Shown: positions 36,801 to 51,677, counted from the first letter of the stretch. The stretch is DNA of 64,000 nt from Nageia nagi (GCA_050084985.1 JBITNC010000001.1:167276001-167340000), one strand, 5' to 3'. The notes: generated by a model from the sequence alone, not told the origin. A program made the numbers and translations.

Positions 36801-37966
36801 TGAAATAAAATTGAGCAAATTAAAAAATAATTTATTTTTTGTAACTTCAAAATTAAGTTAATTTATAGTAATTAATAACAAGTTGAATTCAAGTAGTGAT
36901 TGACTTCTTGAATTGCATCATAACATCTCTATGATACAACCATTGCCAAGTTTTATGAACACTTAAGAGACTCGATGTAAGATTTCATGACCTATCTCAT
37001 AACTCTTGTAAGTTATGCAATCTTCCATTGTTATAAGTTTATCATATTATTCCATGTCTCATTTGATCAAGTTGATCTAAGTCAATGTAATTGAGTTTTT
37101 AGGTTTTGTTATATGAGTTTTATAACTTGGTTAGCTTGACATATGGTTTCTTGTTTGCAATGTGTATATAAGATTTTCTGAAACCATTCATCATATCTCA
37201 ATAGCTATAGTAATCAAATCTAACATTCAATTGCATCAATGTCTATCATGATAATCTCTCTATCATAAATAAACCAAACATATCATATGAATCCTATGCA
37301 ATTGCTTATTCAAGGTTTAAACAACTCTCACAGATATGATTGTAACATAAAGAATGATTCATTCATTGTTCTTACAACTCATTCAATTTTGGTAAAATGA
37401 TGGTAGAAACAGTCATGGGGTATTTTATATAAAATTTTAGGAACAACTATAATGAATTTTAGGTTTATTGCTAGTTATTGTTTGGTTGTTTTAATAAATA
37501 TCATATTGTGCTTGATTTGGTTCTATAGTTGTGTTTTAATGACTTATTTTCATTGGGTGGTTGTGAGTGATTGTGGTCAATTGTCCTTGGGAGTAATCAT
37601 ATTTTTCTTGGAATATCTGTGCATTAATGTTTTTCTTTATATGAGAAACAATTATTCAAATACTTAATTGATATATATTTATATATGGACAAATTTTGAT
37701 AGGTTTTACAAACCAATGGGTTGTAAAGGACATTAAAAGACATTTATCTAGTAGAAACTTAAGGTTTTCTCCTCTATATCTAGTGATGAAACTCCATGCT
37801 TAAACCCATCCTTGAAATGAAACAATTGAAGAGTCTCTACAAAACAACAACTACAAACTAAGTCCTCATATACAATTTCATGTTAGTAATTAGATTGATT
37901 GGAGACTAAAATTCTATTAGAGACTAATCCCCAATACATTATTTAGACATGGTACTATAAATTATC

Positions 37967-39252
37967 TGTAACATCCCCTTTTTATAAAAAAATAAATAAT
38001 TTTGGAATCCTAAGGATTCCCTTTTTGTAAATATTTATTTATTCATGTATTTGTTGTTAGTTACTTAGGATAGAAATATAAAACTCCATTGGACCGACCC
38101 ATTTTATGAGCCCCATGATGGATGTTTTCCTCGTAAGCTAAGATGTGTTATTTAAATTATCATTTAATGCATTTGGAGATCTTAAAGATGATTGTGGGAA
38201 TCCCAAGGCTTGTATAGCATCTAGATGACACTTGAGCATGGATACACACCTATTTGCCCCAACGTTAGATTTGGCAGCACTTGTATACATGCACTAGCTT
38301 TGGGGAGACTCCTAGACCCCCACATTGGCATGCATGGCACCTTGGACTCCCACATTGGCATGCATGGTACCTTGGACTTCCACGTTGGCATTTATGGCCT
38401 CTAGGAGCCCATGTGGGCATGCTTGACCCTTAGGCACCCATGTTGGAGATCTTGGGCCTCCAAGAGGTTAAGGTTGAGATTGGGGAGGTTGGGGATGACT
38501 TATAGGTGAGATTTAGATTTAGTGATGAGTTATATAAGGCAAAGGAGCCTCATTGTAGAGATAGAGTTGAATTTGATATTGAAACCCTTCTCTTTGGAGT
38601 TACCAAAGAATTGGCGGTGTCAAGCACCCTTGAGCATAATGCACAAGGAGAGTCCAAGAGGCGTGGAACACCTTCTAACTTATGATTGAGGTGAGTGTTT
38701 TCTTACGATTGAGGTGAGTGTTCGTGCTAAGGTTGCCTTACCCTGAGGTGTCCATAAGCAATCTACACCTTTGAATCCAGGTGGTGGCATTCCGAAATCA
38801 CATTCATTCTCTTTGTTAGGAGCTAGCTTGTGAGGGAGCCCTTTAGGAGATCTATCTCAGCACATTGTATGCCCTTAAGGCCTGTTCGGTATTTTATTCA
38901 TCATTCTTTCAATAATAGAACCGTGGCATACTTGGATCTCATTTGTTGTCTCATTATTTGATGTTTGTACTTCTATATATGCAACATTGAGCTATTTTTG
39001 TATATGAATGCTTGTATGGTGAATCATTGGCATTCTTGGATGTGTTTGGCATGATATGTGAGTCCCCAAGTGTGATGTTGGGGTATAGGGGTAGAATTGG
39101 ACTAGTGAAGTGCATCGTTCGGCTTCCTAGCTTGTTATCATTCATGTTTGATGCCCTATTATAGTTCGTGGCATGCCTAGGAGCATTATATGATATTGAT
39201 TTTGCATTTCCTTGCCTAATTTGTGCAATGAGAACAATTTGGGGATTTTACA
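37967..39252 (+). mobile_element. Solo LTR-D (1,286 bp), Gypsy-type
   Basis: Inverted termini TGTAACATCCCC...GGGGATTTTACA. Perfect TSD TTATC (37962-37966 / 39253-39257). TATATAA at ~38531. 30-bp tandem repeats at 38318-38450. Confidence 0.93.
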
Positions 39253-39605
39253 TTATCTTTTCATCATTTCTATTAAATTGAGGTTTCTAATCATTTCTTT
39301 TCGATTACCTGCAAACCTAGATGTAGCTAAGAAGAATACAATAACAAAATTATTAATAAATCAATTGCATTAGCAATGTTTACATTCTAGCAAAAATACA
39401 TTCCAACATACTTATAATATCTTTTTTAAGATAATATAGCTATAGAATTCCTATGACTATCTATCATAATAATCATACAAAATCATTGATAATAATAGCT
39501 ACATAATAAGCACATGCTACTTGTATTTATCAACACTTTATACCAACTATTTCATCTCTTTAACATTGAACAATTCTAACTTTAATCAAGATTGCCTAAA
39601 TTGTA

Positions 39606-39608
<3 letters not shown>

Positions 39609-39658
<50 letters not shown>
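39609..39658. repeat. (GT)25 microsatellite
   Basis: Directly visible. Confidence 0.99.
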
Positions 39659-39660
<2 letters not shown>

Positions 39661-41824
39661 CAAAAGTTCTTACAAACAACAAATGAAGAATGCAAAACTA
39701 TTTATATTTTCAACACAACCCGTAAGGGATAACAATACAACTTATACAATTCGTTTATCATGATACAATACAAATATTCAAGATTACAAAACTACATTGC
39801 AGCTCAATGTTCCACTCAACCATATGCCTTTGAAGAAGAACTCCATTTGATCCCTAAATAGTCCTTGGATTCCTCTTGTAACAACTATCTTCCTATTTAC
39901 TGACCATTACAAAATTATATTAACATAGGATTTGGGACTACTTTTTTTAGAATAATAATATTTTAATCTAATACCTTACACAATAAGTCTAAGGCCAATT
40001 AGTCAAACTAATAGGTTCTTGCTATATATTAGCAAGAATAATATAACCTTGTCTTTACACCCTATATTTTCTTTAATTTCATTATTTTATCATGTTTTCC
40101 ACATGATTGGTTTAGGCAAAGCCAACACATAGGTGACATACAATTTATTACATAATCCATATGTAAATCGTTTGTTGCATTGAGCAACTTCTTATCATCA
40201 TTTTGAATCAGTGTTCATGATATGGTATCCTTAGAAAAATTCCTTAGATATAAATTCCATTGCTCATAACCTTGACATCCAACTATTATCAAGTAATATT
40301 ATATGAATTTACAATATACTTCTTATTATTCTTGTAGTACATTTTAGCCATGATGCAAATTATAAATCATAAATTAAAAACACTCATTCTTGCCAAAACA
40401 TCATATGAGCATATCTAACCAATTTTAATTTAAAACCTTCTAGAAAATAGATTTTGTGCTTAATGCTCTTAACAATTTCAAAGCATTAAATATACAATAT
40501 TAATATTATTCGCATGGCAATAAGAAAAATCATTCAGAAGTTTGACACTCCACATTTTTATGTTGGAAAAAACCCTCCTAAGAGAGGTCAAAAACCACCT
40601 TGACAACAAGAGTTGTCATTCCTGCATGACTTTTATTAGTATTAAAAAATCTTTACAAAGTCTATATAATCTCATATATTGCATTTCCAGGCTTTTCTAT
40701 ACATGAACTACTTTTAATGCACCTATCTCTTCATACTAGAGATTGCTACTTGCTTTTGCAAACATAATGCCTTAAATAACATATAACTTAATCTTTCATA
40801 TTGCCTCCAAATTTTCCTTACTCTCTACAACAAGCTTACATCATGACATGCAAATATATTCTATATGTTTAACCTGTCTAAAATTCTTTTGCATACAAAT
40901 GATATAACAAATCCTTATCATTCATATTCCTCTTTACTATGTGTCATACTTATGAAAGGTATCGTTATCAAACTTTGTTTTATATGAGATATTTGCAAAT
41001 TTCAAATGCATGAATGAGAAGTACTATCATGTAACCTATCCTATTCAAGATATAAAAATATTCAATTCTCATTCAACATGAAGCTACAACCATACTTAAA
41101 TTTCCAATGGTGAACATATTTGTATTTACTATAAACAAGATTTTCATGTCATTCATGCTCATATTATATGAAAAATTAAAACATCAAAAGGGTCATTTAT
41201 ATCTACCCATCATGCACTCTTTGAGTTAACAATAACAAATTATTCATACCAATTTAGATGCATGTGCAAGGCATCAATCTAAGCCTTATTAAGAAAAAAT
41301 CCATGCACCTTTCTACAAATATTTTTTCACAAATATGTGAAAAACCTTTAACCAATATACACTAAAACCTAATGCAAATTTAGGTCATAACAAGTTTCTC
41401 ACATTGTTTCAAAAAATCAAAATTATTTTCAATGAATTGGTTTACCCTTCATATATGGTTGCTAGATTTTCTTTAGAATGGAACCACACATATATGTATA
41501 TTTTTTTTCCCATGGAATGCAAATCTAAATAACAACCATGAAAACCAAACCATGGCATTTGAATTTCATATCACTATTTCATTCTTCTATAATTTCATAC
41601 ATAAGGTTCTTATATTCATATCTATTTAATTAAGAGGAAAACTAAGAAACATGAACTATTACAGTATCGGTTTTCCTTTGGTAATTCCTTTCCTAGGTCG
41701 TGTTTACTTTCATTCAACAAAGAAATATTTCGAACTTGATGGAATGTGCCTTTTAATCCTTTTTCACCAAGTAGACCTTGTGGCATTGGAAGAAGCTTTC
41801 TTACCCTACATTTTTACCCCACAC

Positions 41825-42448
41825 TGTAGATAGAAAATAATGCACAATGCAATAAACACAACACTATTTCTCTACAACTCAAATATTGAAGTATGCATCT
41901 GAAATATGCCAATTATAGCAATGATAAACATGTACCTTCATCAGATCTATCGAAATAAATCATAAGCTAAAACTTCATACAATCGCCATGCATGCAATTA
42001 TCAGAATAATGATGTCAACATCCCTAGGGTTGGCATGCCATCGATATCGCAAATTTACTCAAAATAAGACACGAGGATTAAAATATATAAAATGCAATGA
42101 AGGGATAGTAACAGATCCACAAATAGGTGGTGTTACAAAATACCATTGTTGTTCAAATAAATGATATGCATGTATTCTCCTATTCAGTTGATGATGATCT
42201 TCTCATAATGATTCATTGCCTTTAATATTCTTTTATAGCAACATTTGGATCTTCTGTTTGCCTTGGTATCATCACATATTACATAGTTTATGATGCCTTC
42301 ATAGGCATTTTACACCACTTTGTTTAGTAGTCCTTTTACATTGATTACATTGCCTTAGGTGTATTTCAACCCCTTCTTACAGTAAATATCCCTTAATGCA
42401 ATAAAAATGAATTATTTAATAAATGAGAAATTTTTTTAAGTGTCTACA
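41825..42448 (-). repeat. 3' LTR of the Tat/Ogre element
   Basis: Direct repeat of 49646-50273, adjacent to the PPT. Confidence 0.95.
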
Positions 42449-43399
42449 TTTTGCCCCTCTTTGGAGGTGTAATGAAATACATGAAGTTATATATCCAAAG
42501 AAGAAGAGTAGAAGAAAATTTTTGAGAACTTTGAAATCTTGTACAACAACATAGTCTTCTGATGCAAGCCCTTCATTTTTGCCTTTTGGTTTGGTTTCCT
42601 CGGGAAAGCTCCTTTGTTGGAGCAACCAAAACAAAATATAAAGAAACATATCTTTTGCCCATTGCGATGTTCAAGTATGAAATCGATTGCTCCTTTGTCT
42701 CTATTACTGGGGAGTCTTACATTCCAGCATCCATGTATTGATATAGAAGAGGTGTTGAAATTTCAAATTTTGATGAAGCACAATGAACAATACCAATGAC
42801 ATGCCGATAGTACTATGAAGAACATGGACACATTAAATTTTGAAGAATTGTTTTTTACCTATAGAAAGAAGCTAGATTAGAAAATACCTTGTAATAGAAA
42901 TTTTGTTAGAAACAACATGCAGGAGATTTTTGGATACATAGTGAGATGTATCATGCATTGGGTATGAGCCAATGTCAACATTCCCATTGACGGTTGCATC
43001 ACCAATTCCTTTTTTAAATGAATGAACTCTCACTAGTCGTATTGATAGCCATTGACAATCACACATTTTATGTCTATGATCCTAAGACATTGTGCTTTTA
43101 TGGTTGTAAGCATAACCAAAAATGGATACATAGTAAGTGTATCCTCCATTGGGTATGAGCCAATGTCAACATCCTTACTCATTGCTGTATCATCAGTTTC
43201 CTTTTAAGTGAGTGAACTCTCACTAGCCATATTGATGGCCATTGATAATCATATGTTTTATGTCTATGATCTGAAGACATTATGCCTATTATATTTGATT
43301 TTTTGTTTTAATATTTACTACTAAAGTCATTCGAAAAGCAAAAGCAAAACTTGAAATTAAAAAAAAAATATATTGTACATGTACCTCACTTTGATGAAT

Positions 43400-46300
43400 T
43401 ATTATACTTTGAGGCATGGGGCCATGTTTTTCATGCATAGAAGCATTTGAGATGTATGATATTGAAGGTTTAGGGCTCTTCTTTTACATCAATGGAAGAT
43501 AACTTGTACGCACCTAATCCTATAGCATCCACTACAACAAATAGTCCTAGCCAATTTGGCTCAAACTTCCCTTTTACTTCATCATTTGCAACAATTTTAT
43601 TAATGTTTTCTTTTAACAACAAGTCTCCTACTTGGAATGTCTTTGGCTTGTCCTTTTTGCTGAATACTCTTTTTAGCCTTGCATGATAGGCATTTTGATG
43701 TTCAATAGCATGAATTATTTTTCATCAAGAGCTTCTAAATGTTGTAGCCTTGCTTTTCTAATATCTTCATCTGGTATATCTCCATGTAATGAGATTCTCA
43801 AAGATGGAATCTCAAGCTCTAATGGCACAACAACCACATCATTATAAACCAATGAGATTGGTGTTGCCCCAATAGCAGTCCTTACACTTGTTCGATATGC
43901 CCAAAGTGCATAAGGTAATTGCTCATGCCAGTCTCTCTTTTACCTATTCCAAGTTTTTAACAAAATGCTCTTGATTGTTTTATTGGATGCTTCTACTTAT
44001 CCATTTCCTTGTTGATAGTAAACAAAAGAAAACTTTTGATTTATATGGAACTTTTTACAAAAAGCCTTCATTCCTTACTTTTGAAGTTTAGTTCATTATC
44101 CATTATCAACTGTTGTGGGAAACCAAACCTTTTGATAATATTCTTAATCAAGAACTTTATAATCTTGTCTTGTGTGACTAATTTCATAGGAATTGCTTCT
44201 ACCCATTTGGTTGTATGTTTTGTTACAATAATAATGAATTTATGTCCATCTCTTGAGTATGGATTGATCAAACCAATTATATCAATGCCCCAAATTGCAA
44301 AAGGCCATGGTGACACAACCAAATTAAGCTCTTGCGTTGGTTATTTTTCAAGATTGGGGTGTTTTTGGCATTGAAGACAAGTTTTGATATAATCTTTGCA
44401 ATCTTCTTCCATTGTTAGCCAATAATATCCTATGTGTAAAAGCTTTATATATAAAGCCTTTGCAAAGAAATGCCATTGGCATAGTCCCTCATGTGCTTGT
44501 TCTAGTGCTATTTCTACTTCATGATGTGTGAGGCATCTCAATAGAGCTCCATTGAATGATCTCCTGCATAATGTGTCACCAATAATAACATACTTAAGAG
44601 TTGATCTCTTTAACATGATCTTCTCATTTTTGTCAAAATTTGATGGATAGTTTGATCTTTGAGGTAATGATAAACATCTGCATAACAAATTGGTGAAGTT
44701 CCTTCTTGTGTAAGACAATATACCTCCATTTCGTTTTCTTCAAATGAGCAAGAAGGATGGCCCAATTTCTTAATTTTGAGGATTGTTTCCTCATCTTTTA
44801 TATTAATAGGCATCAAAGAAGAAACACTTGCCATTGTATATGCATATCTGTTGTTTGTTTTTGGATTGCATTCGATTGTGTACTTATCAAATTGATTTAA
44901 GAGGTCATAAATTCCCATTTTGTATGGGATCAACTTCTCATATTTTGTATTTTAGATATCTTCAACTTGGTTAACCACAAGCTTAGAATCACCATATATA
45001 TTCAACTCTTTGATTTTTAGCAACACAATTGCTTTTAGATCCAATAATAATGCTTCATACTCTACCATGTTGTTAGTACAATTGAATCCAAGCTTATATA
45101 CCATGGGAATTACATCATTAGTTGGAAAAACTAAGATAATACCTATTCCTACCCCATGTGTACACCTAGATCCATCAAAATACAACATCCATGTTTTAGC
45201 TTCATCTTTAAGGTAATAAACAATTTCATTTGGAATCTCCCATTGATCATCAAAATGATGCAGATATTCTCTGTCATACTATCCATGCTCTAAAGGAGGC
45301 ATCTATTGATCATAATCATTTGGGAACTCTTCATGTACAACTATCTTATCATTTAGAGGGAACTTTTCTATCAAATCTGCTATTGCTAAGCCCTTTATTG
45401 ACTTTTTCTTTACCACATTAATATCAAATTCTTGTAACAACATCAACCATTTTGCTACTTTTCTTGATAAATGTTGCTTAGCTATAAGATATTTCAAAGG
45501 ATTACTGACCTAACAACATGTGTAGTGCAATATAATAGATAATACCTCAATTTTTCAATTGTAAAACCTATGCCAAAGCAAAGTTTCTCAATGGGAGTGT
45601 ACTTTATTTTGTAATATATGAGAGTCTTGCTTAGATAGTAAATTGGTCTCTCCTTCTTTTTATCATCCTACTGGCATAACATTGCTCCCAAGGCAACCAT
45701 TGTAGTTAAAATATAAATATATGCTTCCTTGCTAAACTCCATAGGTACTAGGATGGGAGGGTTAAGCAAATACTATTTTATATCTTCAAAAGCTTTTTTG
45801 ATATTTTTCATCCCATATAAATTTAACATCCTTTTTCAATAAATGAGTGAAAGGAAAACATTTATCCTTAAGTTGTGAAATGAACCTTCTTACTAAATTT
45901 ATCTTACTTTGGAGGCTTCTTAATTATTTCAGATTCTTTGGAGGTGGCATGCTAACAATAGCATTTACTTTTTTGGGATCCACCTCAATACCTATTTTAG
46001 AAACTATGAATCCTAGCAACTTTCCTAAAGTAACATCAAAAATACACTTTTGTGGTTTTAATCTACACTTGGATTGATTAAAATTCGATTATAACTTGAA
46101 AAACCATCCATACAAGACAAAGTATCATGGCCAACAATACTATCCACAATCATATCAATATTTAGCATTGGAAAATCATCTTTTGGACAAGCATTGTTGA
46201 TGTCTCTAAAATCAATACAAATTCTTATTTTTTCGATTGGTTTAGTAATAGGAACAATGTTAGCCATCCATTATGAATAATATATTGGTCTAATGAAGCC

Positions 46301-49300
46301 AACATTCCAATATTTTTTAATATCTTTTTTAACTAATAATGTTTTTGAAGGATGCATCTTTCTTGGTTTTTGCTTGATAAGTTTTGTTCCCTCTTTTAAT
46401 GCCAAACTATGCATGACAAAATATGGATCTAAACTAGGCATATCATAATAACACCTTGCAAAGTTTTCATGACATTTAATAAACTTATTTTTGTACCTTT
46501 CTTGTTGTGGAATCGGAAGAGCAACTCTAATTTTTATCAACCTTTCCTAATCACTTATACAAATGTTGACATCAATTAATTCTTCAGTAAAAAATATTGA
46601 CTCCTCTTTCATTTGCAATAATGAAGGTAATTCTTCTAGACTAAGAACATCATAATCATCAACATCTTTTTCATCAACTTGTACCTAGAACACCTCATTA
46701 ATGTTTATTTCTTGTCTAAAATACTCATATTGACTAAGAACATAATTTGGTTTCCTTTTTTCATTGGACTTGGGAAATTCTAAATGTTCCCCATCTATTC
46801 TAATATGTCATCATCAATAGAAAAATAATCAAACTCAAGAGGTACAATATCATCAATCCATAGTTCCTTATCAATATCATCACAAAGATCAATTATATTG
46901 CATTTTGGAACAAACTGAATGGGTATTGAAGTTTTATTTGTATTTTGGTCACTGCCTAATCCCTTTTTGTCTTTATGTACTCCTAAATTTTTAAGAAAAG
47001 AAGGTATACCATGTTCTGATTTTCCTAATTCTATCCCCTTATATTTGCAATTTTGAGTCATATATTTAAGCATAAAAGTAGATGGTAAGAGATTACTTGT
47101 GGTTTGTTTTTCTGTACCATTACTTGATTGGATAACGTTCAGAGATAGATATGTTGTGAAATAAGAACCACTTATCTACCCTTCATTTTCATGTTGTGGA
47201 TGCCCTAAAACACCCTCAATACACCATTGGTGCTTTGCATCTTTTACAAATTTCAAATGACCCAAATATTTTACAGAACCTAACAGGTCGAGGTTCTCAA
47301 TTTCGTACAATCCCATACATGCATCTGTAATCTATTCCTCTTTTTCTGCTTTTATCATTGTTGATTCAACTTCTTTTAGAACAATCTAAGACTTAGGACA
47401 AGTTAAATCTAATACTTCAATATCCAAATCTACTAAATTACATAATGCATATGGTTCTGGATCCCTTATGATTGTATGTATCTATCCCTCATATTCATAC
47501 TTTAAACAACCATGTACTATAGAAGGTATTGCATGCATGTCATGTAACCAAGGTCTCCCTAGGACTAAATTGTATGAAAGTTTGCCACTTATGAAATGAA
47601 AATTTTCTTGAATAATTCTAATACCCAATGTGATTGGAAGTGTGACCAAGCCAAGTGATTTTTTGGATGAATTATCATAGGATCTTATGTGAAAAGTTGG
47701 TTCTTCTAAAGGTGGAATAGTAACATCATTAACTTGAAGTTGTTACAAAAATTTTTAGGAACAAACATTAATAACTAAATCAAGATCTACCATTACTCTT
47801 TTTATTTCCCATCCATGTATCATAGGTATGACATAAAGTGCTAAGCATTCATATATGAGTTCTTTGCTAAGTTTTTCATATTTGAAAGATGAAATGGCAT
47901 CACAATCTTTGATGGATTGAAGTTTTTCAAAAAACAAAGTGGCAAAAATATTTTTAGGGACTGTTTCTTTTTTGAACAACTCATACAAAACTTCTCTATG
48001 TTTCACAAATATACTAATGAGATCATACAAGCTAATATTAGCATGAGTAGTTTTTAATTGTTCTATCATACTATAAGCTTTTGGATTAGGTGGGAGACTT
48101 ACTTATTTAGTAGTGATTGGATTTGAATTGGATCTTGGATGTCTTCTTCCAAGTGTGGCACAAATCTCCCCATCCACTAATATTGTATTTACTACTTGAT
48201 CTGAATATGAAGTATTCTCTTTGATTTTATACTTTCCTTGAGCAATGAGATCCAATATATCTACCTCTAGAGCCTTGCTACTGTCTGTAGTGTGTCCCCT
48301 TCTTTGATGATAGGTACAATAAGCATCAGAATTATCCATGGAGACACTGTCATATTCTATTTTTCTTTCCAATAGCTTCAATAAGCCCCTTTTAACCAAA
48401 TCTTGCAAAATGAGCCTTGGTTGAATGGGAAAAGTAAATGTATAATTCTTTTCAATATATCTGCCTCTAGAGCCTTGCTATTGTTTATAGTGTGTCCCTT
48501 TCTTTGATGATAGGTACAATAAGCATCATAATTATCCATGGAGACACTGCCATATTTTGCTTTTCTTTCCAATAGCTTGAATAAGCCCCTTTTAACCAAA
48601 TCCTACAGAATGAGCCTTGGTTGAATGAAAAGTAAATGTATAATTCCTTGTTGTAGTAGATCTAGTGAGAGTAGGTTTTTTAGCCATATTTACATTCTTT
48701 TTTTCTTTTTCTTTTTTTACATATGATTTTTTGTTATCCTTGTTCCATGTAGTATTTGCATACTTGAGTGAACCTAACTCAATCAACACTTTTTCTTTTG
48801 CCAAAACTCATTTAGTCATAACTCTAAAACCCAACTCAATATAATCAAAAGCATATTGTTTAATAACTAGAAGAATGGAATCAACAAAAATACCATAAAT
48901 TTTCTTTTCATCTAAATGACTATGAATGGATTGTCATACCTTTTTGAATCTTGGAATATATTTCTCTAGGGTTTCATTTCTCCTTTCATGCAAGGTACAC
49001 AATTCTATAATTGTACTTTATTCTTTAACATTATGCTTGTATTGATTCATACATACCTTTACCAATGACTGGAATGAGTTTATACATCCCTTGGGAAAAT
49101 TATAGAACCATTGGATGGTGTCATCTTTCAAACTCATTGGGAAGAATTTCATAATTAATTTCTCTTCAAATCCCAATTTTAATAAGCAGTCCTCTTGAAA
49201 GATGGTTAGATGTTGTTTCGAGTCTTGTTCTCCACTAAACATCTTGAACTTGGGTGCCTTGAGGTCGGGTGGTAGGGGATAATTATGGATATTTGTTGAA
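43400..49300 (-). pseudogene. gag-pol pseudogene of the Tat/Ogre element
   Basis: Fragmented minus-strand ORFs 44068-49242 in gag-PR-RT-RH-aRH-INT order, ending KFEPNWLG..GAYKL near 43500-43570. Confidence 0.93.
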
Positions 49301-49645
49301 AATGATGTGGTGAAGATACCATCATAGTCTTCATTACTTCTTTGAGATTTCTTATCATTCTCAAGCTTTTAAATTCTTGCTACTAGGGAAACCTTTGAAA
49401 CTGATTGAGTATTACTAGTAGATACCTTTAACTGAGGAGCAAGCTGAGCCATGAGTTAGATCATTTGTTGCAATAATTGTTGGATATGTTGAAACACTTG
49501 TTGCACATTTTGTGCCATTTTGTATGATGTTAATGCCTTATGTATAGGTAAAGCATGACATCAACGAAACTAGATCCATTTTAAAAAATTTCAAGATCTC
49601 AACCAAGAGGGAATAGACCATTCGAGATAGCATGTTCATAAAAAA

Positions 49646-50273
49646 TGTAGACATAAAATAATGCATAATGCAATAAACATAACACTATTTCTCTACAACT
49701 CAAATACTAAAGCATGTATATGAAATATACCAATGATAGCAATGATAAACATTTACCTTCATCAAAGTTTTTGAAATAAATCATAAGGTAAACATTCGTA
49801 AATCGCATGCAATCATCAAAATAATGACATCAACATCCCTAAGGTTCATATGCTATTAACATTGCAAAATACTTAGAATAAGATACATGGATTAAAATGT
49901 ATAAAATGTGATGAAGGGATAATAACATATCCACAAATAAATGATGTTATAAAACACTGTTGTTGCTCGAATAAATGATATGCATGTATTCTCCTATTTA
50001 GTTGATGATGATCTGCTCATAATGATTCATTTCCTTTTACCTTTGATATTTTTTTATAGTAGCATATGGATATTCTATTTTCATTGGTATCATCATATAT
50101 TACACAGTTTATGATGCCTTCATAAGCATTTGATACCACTTACATTGTTTAGCAGTCCTTTTACATTGATTACATTACCTTGGGTGTATTTCAACCCCTT
50201 TTACAATAAATATCCCTTGATGCAATAAAAATGAATTATTTAATAAATGAAAATTCATTTTTAGGTGTCTACA
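49646..50273 (-). repeat. 5' LTR of the Tat/Ogre element
   Basis: Direct repeat of 41825-42448; the PBS is degraded beyond confident assignment. Confidence 0.95.
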
Positions 50274-51677
50274 CACACATACTATATAACTTGGCATTAG
50301 AATCTCATTACACCACATTTCAACTCTCTAGAATTAGAGTTTTTGAAGTTTCAACACATTAACTCACATCCATGAGGAAGGGTGTTCAAATATCTCCACT
50401 TTGCAATCTCCTACCAACTTTCATTTGATTTTTATTCATAATGGTGATGCAAACACTATATAGAACATTCCCTGGCAATTTATTTATTCAAAAATATTTT
50501 GTCATCCATCTTAGCATTACCCATGAAAAATTTGCAACACAAGTCCAAGCCATCTCTCAACAAGCCAATGTGAAGCTCCTTGAAACAAATTTGCATCATA
50601 TGCTTACAAAATATTGAATTTATTTTGAAATATGAAAGGCCATCTAATAAATTAGAGGCATATTCATGTTACAAGGTATATGGACTATGGTATATGCAAG
50701 GAAGGGGTTGCTAAAATAAATATATAAATATATATATAATTTATCAATCAACTAATGTTGACCCCTTAAAAAATTAATAATAAAAAAATATTTATAAAAT
50801 ATTCTCAAATCTCATGCAAAAGAGAGGAAGTTTTGAAGAATATAGTGCTTGCATACCCATAGTTGAGAGTATGCATCTTAATTAACCTTGATGCCTCAAA
50901 TAGTAAGTTCTAAATAATCCACATGGTGCTAAATTCCTCATCAAAACTTAATATATTACATTACCTTGTTTTGATGCAATATTATTATTGTAAGACAATA
51001 AGCCCATAATGAATTTAATAAAAGTCTTTTAATCTATTTGATCAAACATAACAATAATAGTAGGTTATAGATACCAAGCTTACAAAGTTTTATTTTTATT
51101 TTTTTATTTATCAAAATAAAGATTTTGATTTTTTAGGTCATTGTACCTTCGAGGATCTAAGTGGAATCTTAAATTAGTATTGATATGCCTAATGCAAATG
51201 TGTTACTACATACTTGTTACATTAATTCCTTGCACAAAGCCATATCAATTCACATCCATGCATAATATTATCTATAATGCAAACATAATTTCTAGTCCTC
51301 ATGAATCTATAGAAAACTACATAATGCATTAACATGAAAACATAGTCCAAATATACCACTATACACATTTGACTATCCAATATCCTTAAAATAAAATTAT
51401 CATATATCAATGTTTAATACCCATGCCATGATGAACTTTATCGTACATGATTCAACCTTCCTCATATATATTACTTCAACAATACTTATGAAACATGATA
51501 TAATGTCCATTAATAAGGAAGCTTTTATTTTGCATTAACAAGTTATTGTTGACCTACTAGTAGGGTGACCTAGTGTCAACCTGAGGGCACATGAATCTAT
51601 ATTGGTCTGGTAGTAGGAAATTTACTATTAGTACAACAATAGGGAATCTATTATTTTGTATGACTTACCAATTTTTT

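Larger units (their letters stand above)
41825..50273 (-). mobile_element. Full-length decayed Ty3/Gypsy element of the Tat/Ogre group (8,449 bp)
   Basis: Two ~625-bp LTRs (41825-42448, 49646-50273; TGTAGA...TCTACA), perfect TSD CACAC, PPT CCAAAGAGGGGCAAAA (minus) next to the 3' LTR. Order: gag, PR (IKRVMVD), G-patch, RT (IRICIDFRDINNACPKDDFP), RH, second RNase H (WMLYFDGS..TNNMVEYEALL), INT (HEGLC..GYYW..CLQCQKH; PWPFAIWGIDIIG). Confidence 0.96.

Noticed and set aside
39521-39763. ORF with a (VC)n run
   Set aside because: It is a translation of the (GT)25 microsatellite
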